Source of the DNA: a candidate division FCPU426 bacterium
GTDB lineage: Bacteria; Oederibacteriota; Muellerivitia; Muellerivitales; Muellerivitaceae
DNA: 64,000 bases
Assembly (NCBI GenBank): GCA_030041545.1
Contig: JASHNQ010000050.1
Span: 22,374-86,373, forward strand
Direction of reading: 5' to 3'
In this document: piece by piece, positions 1 to 9,940 of the stretch
Layout: every line of letters starts with the position of its first letter
Position numbering within the stretch: position 1 is the first letter of the stretch
Notes under the pieces: model-generated
What the model was told of the DNA's origin: nothing
Databases searched by the model: none
The model's input: the letters and a program-made list of their open reading frames with translations, nothing else
Translations under genes and position numbers: made by a program

Positions 1-2
1 GC

Positions 3-1340
3 ATGGTTTATGAGAAGCTCCGGGAGGACCTGGAAAGCAAAAAATACCTTATTGACCAATTTTTCGGGCGACCCTTGACCATGGTGTTCCAATTCCTGTC
101 CGCCGAAGGCGGGAAGTTGGGGGCCATCGCCCACCAGAGGGTCACTCACCAGTACCACCTGCACGTGGCCCAGACCCTGGAGCGCAGCGGGCCGGCTGGC
201 GAGGTCATGTGGGTCAGCTTCGCCCGGTTGATGGACCTGCACGCCATGTTCAAGGAAATGAACTACCGTTTCTTCGAGCGCAACATCCGCGCCAGCCTCT
301 CCGAGGACGCCCCCACCAACCGTTCCCTCTACGAGGCCTTCGAGAAGCTGGTGTTGAAAGGGGAGGCCGACCCGTCGGTTTTCGCCTTCCACCACAACGG
401 CGTCACCCTCTTTGCCGAAAAGATCGTGCGCGAAAAAGACCGTTTCGTCCTTACCGAACCCCGCCTCTTGAACGGCGCCCAAAGCATCACCACCTTGGAC
501 CGCTTCCTGAAGGACCACGGCGGCGACCCCGCCTTGAAGGAGCGGGAGGCGTCCCTGGGGGAGCTGTGGGTCATGTGCAAGATCATCACCGACGCCCGCA
601 ACGAGTTCGTGCTGGAGGTGGCCATCAACAACAACCGCCAGAACCCGGTCAAGCCCTGGAACCTGCACGCCAACGACATGATCCAGTTGGAGCTGCAGGA
701 CAAGCTGCGGGAGGACCTGGGGCTTTACTACGAGCGCCAGGAGAAGGCTTTCTCCAACCTGCGGCTGGAGGACCTGGAGGAGATGGAAATCAAGGAAGGA
801 AAGGCCGTGGAGTTGCTCAAACTGGCCCAGGTCTACCTGGCCTCCGACGGGGAGCTGGACAAGATGTCCCGCCTGCAGGAAGTCTTCGAGGAGGAGAAGG
901 ACTACAACGAGGTGTTCAGCCCGGAGCGACTCAGGGCCGACTTCAAGAAGGTCGTCCTTTGTTACAAGGTCCATTACCGCCTGACCCGGCTGATCCGGGA
1001 GATCATGGAGAAGGGCGAGAAGAAATACGCCTACCTGCGCCGGGCCCGCAACCTCATTTGGGCGCTCCTATGCCAGGCCCTCCTCAACGACGAACACCTG
1101 GAGGAATACGCCGGACGGTTCGGCCGGAGCCTCGCCGTCGAGAACGAGTACGTGGAATGGCTGGCCCACCTGTCTTCCTCCAAGGCCCGGTTCCTCATTT
1201 CGGCGGTGGTGGACAAGGAGCCCTACGCCTCCAAGGCCGCCGACGAGCGGTACAGCTTCCTGAGGACCAAGGCGGTTTTCGACCAGTGCATGGACCAGGG
1301 CAAGAAAAGGTTCGGCTGGGTGATGAAAAGGCTGCTATAA
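3..1340 (+). CDS. AIPR-like abortive-infection family protein, 3' part (5' end lies outside window)
   Basis: ORF open to the window edge with no start codon in window. LLNGAQSITTL core and long helical C-terminal region recall AIPR/Abi proteins. Family assignment made from memory only. Confidence 0.35.
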   Translation: MVYEKLREDLESKKYLIDQFFGRPLTMVFQFLSAEGGKLGAIAHQRVTHQYHLHVAQTLERSGPAGEVMWVSFARLMDLHAMFKEMNYRFFERNIRASLSEDAPTNRSLYEAFEKLVLKGEADPSVFAFHHNGVTLFAEKIVREKDRFVLTEPRLLNGAQSITTLDRFLKDHGGDPALKEREASLGELWVMCKIITDARNEFVLEVAINNNRQNPVKPWNLHANDMIQLELQDKLREDLGLYYERQEKAFSNLRLEDLEEMEIKEGKAVELLKLAQVYLASDGELDKMSRLQEVFEEEKDYNEVFSPERLRADFKKVVLCYKVHYRLTRLIREIMEKGEKKYAYLRRARNLIWALLCQALLNDEHLEEYAGRFGRSLAVENEYVEWLAHLSSSKARFLISAVVDKEPYASKAADERYSFLRTKAVFDQCMDQGKKRFGWVMKRLL

Positions 1341-1426
1341 AAGGATCCTTCCCCCTTACCGGACGCCCGGATTTCGGGTAATATTACGGTTCCTTATTAA
1401 AATTGTTTAATTAAAGGAACTGGTTT

Positions 1427-2689
1427 ATGCGTCTTACCTTCCCCCCACTTCTCGCCGCTTCCGCCTTGCTCTTGGCCTTGGCCCAGCAAGGCTGCGGGGT
1501 CAAACAGACCGTGGTCCAACAGGAACCCGCCGAAATCGGCCCCAACGCCTACCAAATCGAGCAGGAAGTGGAATCCCAGCTTGCCCGCATCGGGCAGGCC
1601 CAAAAGACCGGTGATTTCGAGCCCCCCATGGTGGTGGGGCTGGCCGAAAACGACGAGCTGGTGCGCGGCCTTTCCTTGAAATTCCGCGTGGCCAGCCCCA
1701 CCCACGACCTCAGCGGGAACCAGGCCGCTTTCCTCGAAACCCTTTTGAACGGCAACTCGGCCGCCATCGACGACGCCCTGCAACGCCGGGACGCCTGGGT
1801 GCAGGCCTTCGAGGGGAGTTGGAACTACGACTTTAATTCCCCGGGCGACCGCTTGCTCTTCATCACCGTCCTGCAGTTCAACCTCAAGGACCAGGAAAAC
1901 ATCCTGCGCAACAGCGTGCAGGCCGGCAACGTCTCGCCGGACCAATCCCTCTTGGGCAAGCAGCGGATCCAGTCCGTCCGCGACGCCGAAATATCGGATT
2001 TCGGCCAGAACAACGCCCTGGACTTGAGTTCCGATGAAATCCTGGAACTGCAGCAAATGTCCCAGGACAGCGGCAGCTTCATCCGTATGCTCAGCCAACA
2101 AACGGGCGGCGCTTTCGCCCAAGCCCCCCCGCCGGGAGGCGGAGGGGGGGACGCCACCGCCCTATCTTTTTCCGATTTTCCGCCCCCGGGCTCCTATTCG
2201 GCGCCCGCCGCCAACGCGGTCAGCACCCATCCCTATTGGAACAGTCGCTCTCCCAATTCCGGGTTGAAACCGGCCGTGGACGACTCCACGGCTTCGGTTT
2301 CCTCCTCTCCCGTGGCGCCCACAGCCACCCCTGTTCCGCCGCCCACCTTCACCCCCACGCCCGTACCCGCGGCGCCCTCCGCCGAAGACAACCCAGCCAC
2401 CCCCAGCCCCACCGCAGCCCTCCTCCCCCCCGATCCCCTGAAAGCCCGCGATAAGCAGCTGGACCGGCTTTTCGATTCGGCCCGCAAACAAGGCAGGGGG
2501 ACCCAGGAAGAAATAGCCGCCGCTGGGAAGTTGCGCAAAGCCTTCCACCAGGCCTTAAAAGGTTTCCTCCAGCAAAACCAGCAGCAAGGCATCACCCAGG
2601 ACCAGATGGACCAGCTGTCCGGGATGTTGGACGACTTTGAGAAGTCCATCGCCGGCTTGTCGTCCCCCACGCCCGTTCCCGTTAAATAA
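1427..2689 (+). CDS. Pro/Thr-rich lipoprotein, unknown function
   Basis: N-terminal signal peptide ending in LAQQGC (lipobox-like); long PT-rich low-complexity linker; AAGGAA ~9 nt upstream of ATG. Confidence 0.6.
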   Translation: MRLTFPPLLAASALLLALAQQGCGVKQTVVQQEPAEIGPNAYQIEQEVESQLARIGQAQKTGDFEPPMVVGLAENDELVRGLSLKFRVASPTHDLSGNQAAFLETLLNGNSAAIDDALQRRDAWVQAFEGSWNYDFNSPGDRLLFITVLQFNLKDQENILRNSVQAGNVSPDQSLLGKQRIQSVRDAEISDFGQNNALDLSSDEILELQQMSQDSGSFIRMLSQQTGGAFAQAPPPGGGGGDATALSFSDFPPPGSYSAPAANAVSTHPYWNSRSPNSGLKPAVDDSTASVSSSPVAPTATPVPPPTFTPTPVPAAPSAEDNPATPSPTAALLPPDPLKARDKQLDRLFDSARKQGRGTQEEIAAAGKLRKAFHQALKGFLQQNQQQGITQDQMDQLSGMLDDFEKSIAGLSSPTPVPVK

Positions 2690-2738
2690 GTCTCAAAAAC
2701 AGTTCGAAGTCCGCAATGTGATGAAGTGCGAAGTCCTT

Positions 2739-2771
2739 GAAGTTTTGTTTGGCTTTGCCAAACAAAACTTC
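2739..2771. terminator. bidirectional intrinsic terminator hairpin
   Basis: Perfect 15-bp stem gaagttttgtttggc / gccaaacaaaacttc with ttt loop, followed by an A/T-rich tract. Lies between the convergent genes 1427..2689(+) and 2786..3268(-). Confidence 0.6.
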
Positions 2772-2785
2772 AAATTGCATTTTGA

Positions 2786-3268
2786 TTAATCCAGCACCGC
2801 TTCCGCTTCCATGGCTTCCCTCATGCGCTTTTCCATCTCGTTGGGCGCCATGTCCTTGATGTGGGTCCCCAGGGTCCACTTATGGCCGAAGGGATCCTCC
2901 AGGGTTCCCGAACGATCCCCGTAAAATTGGTCCTTCGGGGGCCGCGTCACCTGGGCCCCGGCCGCCATGGCTTGTTGGAACTGATGGTCCACGTCCTCCA
3001 CGTAAACCATGAGGCCCACCGGCGAACCTCCCAGGCTCTTGGGCGACCGGCCCCCCATTTCAGGATTCTCATCGGCCAGCATGATCCGAGAGTCGCCGAT
3101 CTGGATCTCGGCATGGCCGATCCTGCCGTCCGGGGCGGGCATGCGGTACAACTCCTTCGCGCCGAAGGCCTTCTTGTAAAACTCAATGGCCTCCGCGGCG
3201 CCGTCGATGGACAGGTACGGCGTGACGCTGTGATAGCCCTCGGGTATGGGCCTTACATTCGTCGTCAT
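2786..3268 (-). CDS. VOC (glyoxalase/bleomycin-resistance fold) family protein
   Basis: 160 aa with the PhnB/glyoxalase-like pattern HSVTPYLSIDGAAEAIEFYKKAFGA...GHAEIQIGDS. Confidence 0.8.
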   Translation of the reverse strand: MTTNVRPIPEGYHSVTPYLSIDGAAEAIEFYKKAFGAKELYRMPAPDGRIGHAEIQIGDSRIMLADENPEMGGRSPKSLGGSPVGLMVYVEDVDHQFQQAMAAGAQVTRPPKDQFYGDRSGTLEDPFGHKWTLGTHIKDMAPNEMEKRMREAMEAEAVLD

Positions 3269-3379
3269 AAGTTCCTCCTAAAAAATTTCATGAAGTTCTT
3301 GATTTCAACCTAGCACCGAGGCCCGTCGGAAGGAACCACCGTCCGGTGAAATAAGTGTTTAATTTGGGTAAAGACTTTC

Positions 3380-3432
3380 CTAGCAGGTTGCTGAAAAAGT
3401 CCCTAAAACGGACTTTTTCAGCAACCTGCTAG
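3380..3432. repeat. 23-bp perfect inverted repeat with 7-nt spacer in a divergent promoter region
   Basis: ctagcaggttgctgaaaaagtcc ctaaaac ggactttttcagcaacctgctag; no T-tract follows; sits between divergently transcribed 2786..3268(-) and 3559..4158(+). Confidence 0.5.
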
Positions 3433-3558
3433 AGTTCCCTCGAATCGTTTCAAATGCTTTTCCCACCCCACCCACACCCGCTGAAACCGCATCAAGCTTT
3501 GATTAACGGCCCGGTTGGATTTAACATAGAGCTAGGAACTTTTGGAAAAGGGGGAACC

Positions 3559-4158
3559 ATGAAAGCAAGAATACGTCCGTGGATGGCCGTGGTTTTTATC
3601 CTGGCTCTGGGGATTCCGCTCCGTGTCCTGGCCGATGACGACAACCGCGTCATCGCCAAGTTCGACCAAAACAGGCCCCAGGACGCCTTGAGCGCGGCTT
3701 CGGTCTATCTTACCTTGAAGGGCGACCAGGCGGAGGGCCTTCCGGCCCTTGCCTCGGGCGACGAAACCCGTTTTTACATCAAGGTTTGGGACGGCCTCTA
3801 CCTGCAAATCACGACCGAAACGGGCGACAACGGCACCCGGGGTTATATGTTCGCCTTTTCCAGTGACGAAGCGGGCCAGGACCTCCTCCCACCCAAGGAA
3901 AACGCCGATGACCCTGCCCTGCGGGAACTCGCCGCCAGTGATTTCCGCACCGACGACAACTTCGAACCCCGGCCCCTGGTTCCGGGACCCGGAACGCCGG
4001 ACAACCGTGGCCCCTACCGGATCATCCATTACCCCGGCTTTGACGTGGATATGCGGGTCTTGGAATTCAGCATCGGTGACGCCCAATTGGGGAAAAAACC
4101 CTTTTTCAAGTCCGTGTCCTGCCTAGTCACGGTCCAAGAGGTCAAGAAAAAACACTAA
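3559..4158 (+). CDS. secreted hypothetical protein
   Basis: Start reassigned to the internal ATG (MKARIRPWMAVVFILALGIPLRVLADD signal peptide), which is preceded by AAAAGGGGGAACC. Confidence 0.55.
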   Translation: MKARIRPWMAVVFILALGIPLRVLADDDNRVIAKFDQNRPQDALSAASVYLTLKGDQAEGLPALASGDETRFYIKVWDGLYLQITTETGDNGTRGYMFAFSSDEAGQDLLPPKENADDPALRELAASDFRTDDNFEPRPLVPGPGTPDNRGPYRIIHYPGFDVDMRVLEFSIGDAQLGKKPFFKSVSCLVTVQEVKKKH

Positions 4159-4175
4159 TAATATAATGGTTTCCC

Positions 4176-6650
4176 ATGAACCCGGCTTCCCTGCCCATCG
4201 ACGCCCTCCTTCCCCAAATCCGGGGGGCCTTGGATAAAAACAACGCCGCCGTGGTGGTGGCCGAACCCGGAGCCGGTAAAACCACCCGCGTGCCTCCCGC
4301 CCTTCTTTCCACTGCTTTTGTTGGGGAAAAGGAAATCTGGGTCCTCCAGCCCCGTCGCCTGGCGGCCAAGTTGGCGGCCCTGCGCGTGGCCGGGGAACGG
4401 GGTGAGGAAATCGGCCAGAGGGTGGGCTACCAGTTCCGTTTTGAGAAGGTGGCGGGCCCCCAAACCCGGCTAAAGTTCATGACCGACGGCATGCTGCTGC
4501 CCCTGGCGCGTGAGGACTCCGGGCTTTCCCGCGTGGCTGCGGTGGTCCTGGACGAGTTTCACGAGCGTAGCCTGGAGCTGGACTTTACCCTGGGTTTCCT
4601 CCGCCGCCTCCAACTAGGCCCCCGCCCGGACCTCCGTATCTTGGCGATGAGCGCCACCTTGGACGCCCAGTCCCTCTCCGCCTACCTTTCCAACTGCCCG
4701 GTTTTCGAAAGCCGGGGTCGCGCCTTTCCCGTGGCCGTGGAATACCACCCCTTCCCCCAAGAGTCCGATTTGGCCCTCAAGGTCCGGTCGGCCATCCGCC
4801 GCCTAACAGCCCAAGGCGTGAGGGAAACCACCCTGGTTTTCCTGCCGGGCTTACCCGAGATCCGGCAATGCCAAAGAGCCTTGGAGAAGGAACACGCCGA
4901 AATCCATGCTCTTTATGGCGACCTGCCGGTGTCCGAACAACAGGCCGTACTCAAGCCCACGGCCGGAAACAAGGTCATCCTGAGCACCAACGTGGCCGAA
5001 ACGTCCCTCACCGTGCCCGGCGTCACGGCGGTCGTGGATTCGGGCCTCACCCGCCAAGCCCGCGTTTCCGCCTGGTCGGGCCTCACCCGCCTGGTCACGG
5101 TCCCCGCTAGCCAGGCTTCGGCCGCGCAAAGGACAGGCCGGGCCGGCCGCCTCAAAGAAGGCCTATGTTTCCGGCTTTTTACCCAATTCGACTTCGACCA
5201 CCGGGCCGCCTTTGACCTTCCCGAAATCCTTCGCGCCGACCTGTCGCGAAGCCTCCTGGACCTGATGTCCCTGGGCGTTGAGGACCTGGACGCCTTCCCC
5301 TGGTTTTTGAAACCCTCCCCTTCTTCCCTTCTCTCTTCCTTGGCTTTGCTGGAGGGGCTTGGGGCGGTTTCCGGCGGAAATCTCACGGCCCGGGGACGGG
5401 AAATGGCCGGCTTTCCCGTGGCGCCCCGCCTGGCCAAGTTTCTCCTGGAGGCCAGGACCCTGGGGAAGGGAAATTATCCCGTTGTGGAGAAAGCCTGCCG
5501 TTTGGCGGTCCTGGTCGGCGAGGAACGTTCCGAATCCGAGGACTTGCTGGAAGAACTCGCCAAGTACCGACCGGACGCGGAAGCTAAAAAACTAGTGGAA
5601 AAACTTTGGGATTGGGTGGTTAAGAAATTTCCATCTTCCCCGGCGGGAAAGGGAGAAATCCCTGGCATCCTCGCCAAAGCCCTCCTCTCCGCCTTCCCCG
5701 ACCGGGTGGCCAAGGTGAGGCCCGGCGAATCCACCGGCTCGCGGAACCTGGGAGGCCGCAAAAGGGAACTCCTGCTTTCCGGCGGCGGCTCGGCCGTGGC
5801 TTCCGACAGCCCCCTCACCCGCGCCCACGACTATTTCGTGGTGGTGGAGGCCCGGGAATCGACCCAAGGGCTGAAGGACCGGATGGGTGGGGGAGCCCAA
5901 GCCCAGGTGAAGGCCCGGTCGCTGTGCCCCATTGAAATGGATTGGCTCCTGGACCTTTTCCCGGATCGCCTAGCCGAAGGGGTGACCGTGGAGTGGAACG
6001 AAAAGTCCAAGCGGGTGGAGGGTTTCAAGCGGCTGAAATACGGCGAATTGGTCCTAGATGAAAAACCCCTGTCGCCCAAGGACTTCGGCCCCGAAACGCG
6101 GGATTTGTTGTTCAAGGAAGCCCTGGCGGCCGGCCCTTCGGCCTATTGCGATCCCGAGGAACTCCAGGATTTTTTGAATCGGGTGAAATTCGTGGCCGGG
6201 AGGGTGAAGGAATATCCCGGAATGGTTAAAGCCGAGGTGGAAGAAACCTTTAAGGGGCTCTGTGAAGGTTGCCGGAGTTTCGAGGATTTAAAGGCGGCGG
6301 GACTGGTGGCGGCCCTGCGGTCCCGCCTTTCCCCCAAGGAACAATCGTTGCTGGAAAAACTAGCGCCCGCCCAGGTCGCCCTGCCCTTGGGCCGCCGCAT
6401 GGCGATCCACTACGAAGAGGGGAAACCCCCCTGGGGCCAGGCCCGCATCCAGGATTTTTTCGGTTTAAAACAAGGGCCTTCGGTCGCGGGCGGCGAGGTC
6501 CCGGTCGTGTTGCACCTTCTCTCGCCCGCCCAGCGGCCCGTGCAGGTCACCAGCGACCTAGCGGGTTTTTGGAGGAATCATTATCCCCAAGTCCGAAAGG
6601 AACTCTCGCGGCGGTATCCAAAACACAAATGGCCAGAAAATCCCATGTAA
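4176..6650 (+). CDS. hrpB: ATP-dependent RNA helicase HrpB (DEAH-box)
   Basis: 824 aa; Walker A GAGKTTRVP, DEAH-type LDEFHERS, and an HrpB-type C-terminal domain. Confidence 0.85.
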   Translation: MNPASLPIDALLPQIRGALDKNNAAVVVAEPGAGKTTRVPPALLSTAFVGEKEIWVLQPRRLAAKLAALRVAGERGEEIGQRVGYQFRFEKVAGPQTRLKFMTDGMLLPLAREDSGLSRVAAVVLDEFHERSLELDFTLGFLRRLQLGPRPDLRILAMSATLDAQSLSAYLSNCPVFESRGRAFPVAVEYHPFPQESDLALKVRSAIRRLTAQGVRETTLVFLPGLPEIRQCQRALEKEHAEIHALYGDLPVSEQQAVLKPTAGNKVILSTNVAETSLTVPGVTAVVDSGLTRQARVSAWSGLTRLVTVPASQASAAQRTGRAGRLKEGLCFRLFTQFDFDHRAAFDLPEILRADLSRSLLDLMSLGVEDLDAFPWFLKPSPSSLLSSLALLEGLGAVSGGNLTARGREMAGFPVAPRLAKFLLEARTLGKGNYPVVEKACRLAVLVGEERSESEDLLEELAKYRPDAEAKKLVEKLWDWVVKKFPSSPAGKGEIPGILAKALLSAFPDRVAKVRPGESTGSRNLGGRKRELLLSGGGSAVASDSPLTRAHDYFVVVEARESTQGLKDRMGGGAQAQVKARSLCPIEMDWLLDLFPDRLAEGVTVEWNEKSKRVEGFKRLKYGELVLDEKPLSPKDFGPETRDLLFKEALAAGPSAYCDPEELQDFLNRVKFVAGRVKEYPGMVKAEVEETFKGLCEGCRSFEDLKAAGLVAALRSRLSPKEQSLLEKLAPAQVALPLGRRMAIHYEEGKPPWGQARIQDFFGLKQGPSVAGGEVPVVLHLLSPAQRPVQVTSDLAGFWRNHYPQVRKELSRRYPKHKWPENPM

Positions 6651-6689
6651 AAAAACAACCCTGCCCGGCGCATGGCCGGAGAATCCTGT

Positions 6690-7097
6690 TTAATTCGCGG
6701 CCAAACCGGCCGTTTTCCCGTTCGCCTGGAGCCGAACCGTCTTCACCAAATCTTCCCATTTCAAGCCGGTTTTCGGTAGGAAGGCCCGCGCGCCCATTTG
6801 GAGGGCCGAGGAAACAAATCGTTCATCGAAAAAAGAGCTCATGGCGATGACGGGAACGCCGGGATGGGCCTTCGCCATCCGGGAAACACCCTCCAATCCT
6901 TCGACGTCGGGCAGGAAAAGGTCCATCAAGACGGCATCCACCGGATGCGAAACCATCTCGTCGAGGGCGCCTTGGATGCTGGAAGCATGGAGCAGCTGAA
7001 ATTCGCCGTTCCCATAAAGTTTGAACGCTTCCTCGGCCAAGCGCACATCGCCTGGATTGTCTTCCACTAAAAGAACTTGCCGGACTTTAAGGGCCAT
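6690..7097 (-). CDS. single-domain response regulator (CheY-like receiver)
   Basis: VLLVEDNPGDV...VDAVLMDLFLPD receiver motifs; start placed at MALKV, preceded by CAGGGGGAA. Confidence 0.7.
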   Translation of the reverse strand: MALKVRQVLLVEDNPGDVRLAEEAFKLYGNGEFQLLHASSIQGALDEMVSHPVDAVLMDLFLPDVEGLEGVSRMAKAHPGVPVIAMSSFFDERFVSSALQMGARAFLPKTGLKWEDLVKTVRLQANGKTAGLAAN

Positions 7098-7228
7098 GGG
7101 TTCCCCCTGATTTTTAATTTTCCTGGGCACCATTAAAGGCTGCGCGAAAGCCTTATTTCAACCTGTCTCCGAAGATTTTCAGGAGCATCGGGCATATTTC
7201 ACTACCTATGCGGGAATCCTCCGGGAAC

Positions 7229-9007
7229 TTACTTCAACGTCACCGGAAGAGTCAGCCCTTCCTTACCCAATTGGACGGGCACGGTCACGGTTTGGGTACC
7301 CTGGGTGACCGTCACCTCGTAGTCCCCCAAGAAACCCCGGACAAAGTAGGAACCCTGGGTGTCCGTGGCGCCGTCGGCGTTGGTCCACCAGTCATGGAGC
7401 ACCAGGTCCTCGTAAACCTTTTCGGCGGGCTTGGGGGTCCAATCCTGGTTGAAAAGGGGCGCCTTGTGGTGCCAATGGGCGCCGTCCCAGAACCCCCACA
7501 TGAGGAAACCCTCGACCGAGGGATGGCTGAAAACCGCCGTCAGGAAGTCCCTGAAAAACTGGGCATCCAACTGGTCGTCCTTGATATCCGTGTCGTATTC
7601 GGTGATCTCAATCGGAAGACCGTGGGCCCCCAGCTTGTCCAGCGCGGACAATAAGGAAGGGATGGACCAGGGCGAACCGCCCACGTGCCCCTGGAGGCCG
7701 ACGCCCTGCAGGGGCGCGTGGTTGTCCAGTAGGAACTGGATGTCCTGGTCGTAGCCGTCCAAATGACCGGCATCGTCGGGGCTGGGATAGTCGTTCACGA
7801 AAAGAAGGGCCGTGGGATCCGCCTTGCGGGCGGCCCAATACCAGGTCACCATGGCCGACTTGCCCAGTATGTCGGTCAAGTCGTGCTCCGGGACCGGTTC
7901 GTTGACCACGTCCCACTCGATGACGTGCCCTTTCATGGCGCCGCCCACGTCCGCGATACGGCTTTCAATGGCCGCTTCCAGGGCCTTGGGGTCTCCTTGG
8001 AGCTGCTTCATGGAGGTGGGCAGCCACTTCCAGGAACCCCAGACCATGTTGTGACCCCTCACGTCAAAGTGCCGGTCCGAAAGCCACCTTAAGGCGTCCA
8101 TCACGTATTGGCGCCGCCAATAGCCGGTATTGGAGGCGCCATCTTCCCAGGGGCCCCATTTGAGGTCGTTCTCGAAGACGATGCGGTTGAAAAGCCTTTC
8201 CACTTCCTTTTGGTACTGGTCGTTGTCGTCCCCGGCCGTCGCCAGCTTCTGGGCCACCACCGCGGTCCCCCAGCCGAAAGCCTGCTTCTTCATGCGCACG
8301 GAAACTGTGGCGCCGGAAACCGGCTGGCCCGATGCGTCCTTCACCACCACCGTCAGGTCGCCCTTGCGGAGCTTCTCGATGCGGTCCTGGGCTGCCTTGC
8401 GCCAGGGGGCGTCCTCCTCCATGCCTTCGTAGCCGATCTTGGTCTGGGGCATGTCCGAGAGTTTCTTGCTGGTTCCGTAGTCCAGGAGGGTCAGCCCGGC
8501 CAGGTCGAAGGCCTGGGGCTGGTAACCCATGCGGAAACAGATGTGCGATTGGCCCGCGTCCAGGTCCTCCACGGCCGTGAAGGCGATGGAGTATTGTTTC
8601 CACTTGGGGCCTGCCGCAAGGGCGATGGTGGACGCCTTGGTCCATGGGTCGCCGTTGCGCTCGAAGTCGAATTCGCTCTTGGCTTCCCCGCTTTCCACGT
8701 GGGTTTGGTCCGCCCGCATCCAGAACTGGCAAAGGATCACGTCGCCCGCTTTGACCGGTGAGGTGCACACGGCGTCCACCTGGATGTCCCAGGCGTTGGT
8801 GCCAACGGCCAAGGTGGTCAACCGGACGACCTCCTGGCCCTTCACGGTCATCCTGTCCAAGGTTCCCTTGTCCTTCTGGTTGTCCAGTCGGAGCGCGTCC
8901 AAGCCGGGCTTGTCGAAAAGGGATTTTCCACCCGCTGGAGGAGGCGTTTGGGCCAAAAGGGTAAAAGGCAGCAACAACAAGGCTAGGCCCAGGGAAATTT
9001 TCTTCAT
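7229..9007 (-). CDS. secreted glycoside hydrolase family 10 endo-1,4-beta-xylanase with N-terminal carbohydrate-binding region
   Basis: Signal peptide MKKISLGLALLLLPFTLLAQ; GH10 catalytic motifs WDVVNEP and IEITEYD; GGAGG upstream of start. Confidence 0.85.
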   Translation of the reverse strand: MKKISLGLALLLLPFTLLAQTPPPAGGKSLFDKPGLDALRLDNQKDKGTLDRMTVKGQEVVRLTTLAVGTNAWDIQVDAVCTSPVKAGDVILCQFWMRADQTHVESGEAKSEFDFERNGDPWTKASTIALAAGPKWKQYSIAFTAVEDLDAGQSHICFRMGYQPQAFDLAGLTLLDYGTSKKLSDMPQTKIGYEGMEEDAPWRKAAQDRIEKLRKGDLTVVVKDASGQPVSGATVSVRMKKQAFGWGTAVVAQKLATAGDDNDQYQKEVERLFNRIVFENDLKWGPWEDGASNTGYWRRQYVMDALRWLSDRHFDVRGHNMVWGSWKWLPTSMKQLQGDPKALEAAIESRIADVGGAMKGHVIEWDVVNEPVPEHDLTDILGKSAMVTWYWAARKADPTALLFVNDYPSPDDAGHLDGYDQDIQFLLDNHAPLQGVGLQGHVGGSPWSIPSLLSALDKLGAHGLPIEITEYDTDIKDDQLDAQFFRDFLTAVFSHPSVEGFLMWGFWDGAHWHHKAPLFNQDWTPKPAEKVYEDLVLHDWWTNADGATDTQGSYFVRGFLGDYEVTVTQGTQTVTVPVQLGKEGLTLPVTLK

Positions 9008-9132
9008 GGGAATCGGCCTCCGGGATGCGGTTGGATTGTAATGGGAGCGCCATGGTACATGGATTCGGCGTGGAATACGACAAGAAGCGATGGGGGGTAG
9101 TGCATCAGTTTCGTTTCAACAAAAATCTCAGA

Positions 9133-9222
9133 CACCCCTCACCCTACCCTCTCCCCCAAGGGGCGAGGGTTTTTGCGGGTATTTCCCCCTCTCCCTTGAG
9201 GGGAGAGGGAGGGGTGAGGGTG
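9133..9222. repeat. GGGGAGAGGG-core palindromic repeat, copy A (modules X-Y)
   Basis: cacccctcaccctaccctctcccccaaggggcgagggt ... ccccctctcccttgaggggagagggaggggtgagggtg. The same modules recur near 43.3, 46.2, 51.6 and 61.4 kb. Confidence 0.7.
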
Positions 9223-9297
9223 AAGTTGGATTAGGTCATTCAAACTGAGACACTACCCGATCGAGAGGTTAAACTCCCGGAAACTGTTTAAATACGT

Positions 9298-9843
9298 TTA
9301 GGGTGAGGAGGAGGCTTCCAGCTCCTCCAGTTGGGGCCCCATGGCGTTGCCGATTCGGTTCCCCGCCGTGAAAAAAGCGTAGGTGAAAAGGCCCGCCACC
9401 AAGGCCAGGGCCGCAAAGGCCCAAACGTGGCGCGACTCAAAGCGCTCGATGGTGCGGGCATAAGCCACCAGGCCGATCAGGGCCGCCACGCCGATGACCG
9501 CGTCCACGCTGGCCCGCTGCCAATAGCTGCCGCCCAGGTGGAGCCACATGCCGAACTCGTCGAAGGTCAACCCCAGGGCGATGCCGTAAACGAAGGCCGT
9601 GGCCTCGGCTTTCAGGCCCGTGGGCCTTCCCAGGATGCCGTAGCCCGCCACCGCCGACAGCAGGAAGATGCCGTAGTTCAGGTGGTGCACGTGGGTGCCG
9701 CGCATGAACAGGTACATGTTGGGGATCTGATGGGACATGATGAGGAACACCACCGCCCGCGCGATGAGGAAGGCGAGGATAAAGCCGAACAACGACCACC
9801 GGGCCAGCCGGGGGGCGCTCTCGCGGGGATGGGGATGAACCAT
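9298..9843 (-). CDS. hypothetical membrane protein
   Basis: Several hydrophobic helices; the ORF-track start is a TTG, so the first ATG (MVHPHP) is used; start uncertain. Confidence 0.5.
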   Translation of the reverse strand: MVHPHPRESAPRLARWSLFGFILAFLIARAVVFLIMSHQIPNMYLFMRGTHVHHLNYGIFLLSAVAGYGILGRPTGLKAEATAFVYGIALGLTFDEFGMWLHLGGSYWQRASVDAVIGVAALIGLVAYARTIERFESRHVWAFAALALVAGLFTYAFFTAGNRIGNAMGPQLEELEASSSP

Positions 9844-9940
9844 TGCGGCTTTCAATAGATCAATTCGGAGGTTTTTAAGCCAACGGCTCAAAAACCCACT
9901 TTAACTCAAAATTCAGAACTCAAAACTCATAACTGCCTTC

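Noticed and set aside
209-1381. 390-aa plus-strand ORF overlapping the AIPR-like gene in another frame
   Set aside because: Arg/Pro/Gly-rich translation typical of an out-of-frame read of high-GC coding DNA; the frame-3 product has coherent protein-like sequence instead.
8064-9083. 339-aa minus-strand ORF and several plus-strand ORFs inside the GH10 xylanase gene
   Set aside because: Alternate-frame ORFs with biased composition; the xylanase frame has signal peptide and catalytic motifs.
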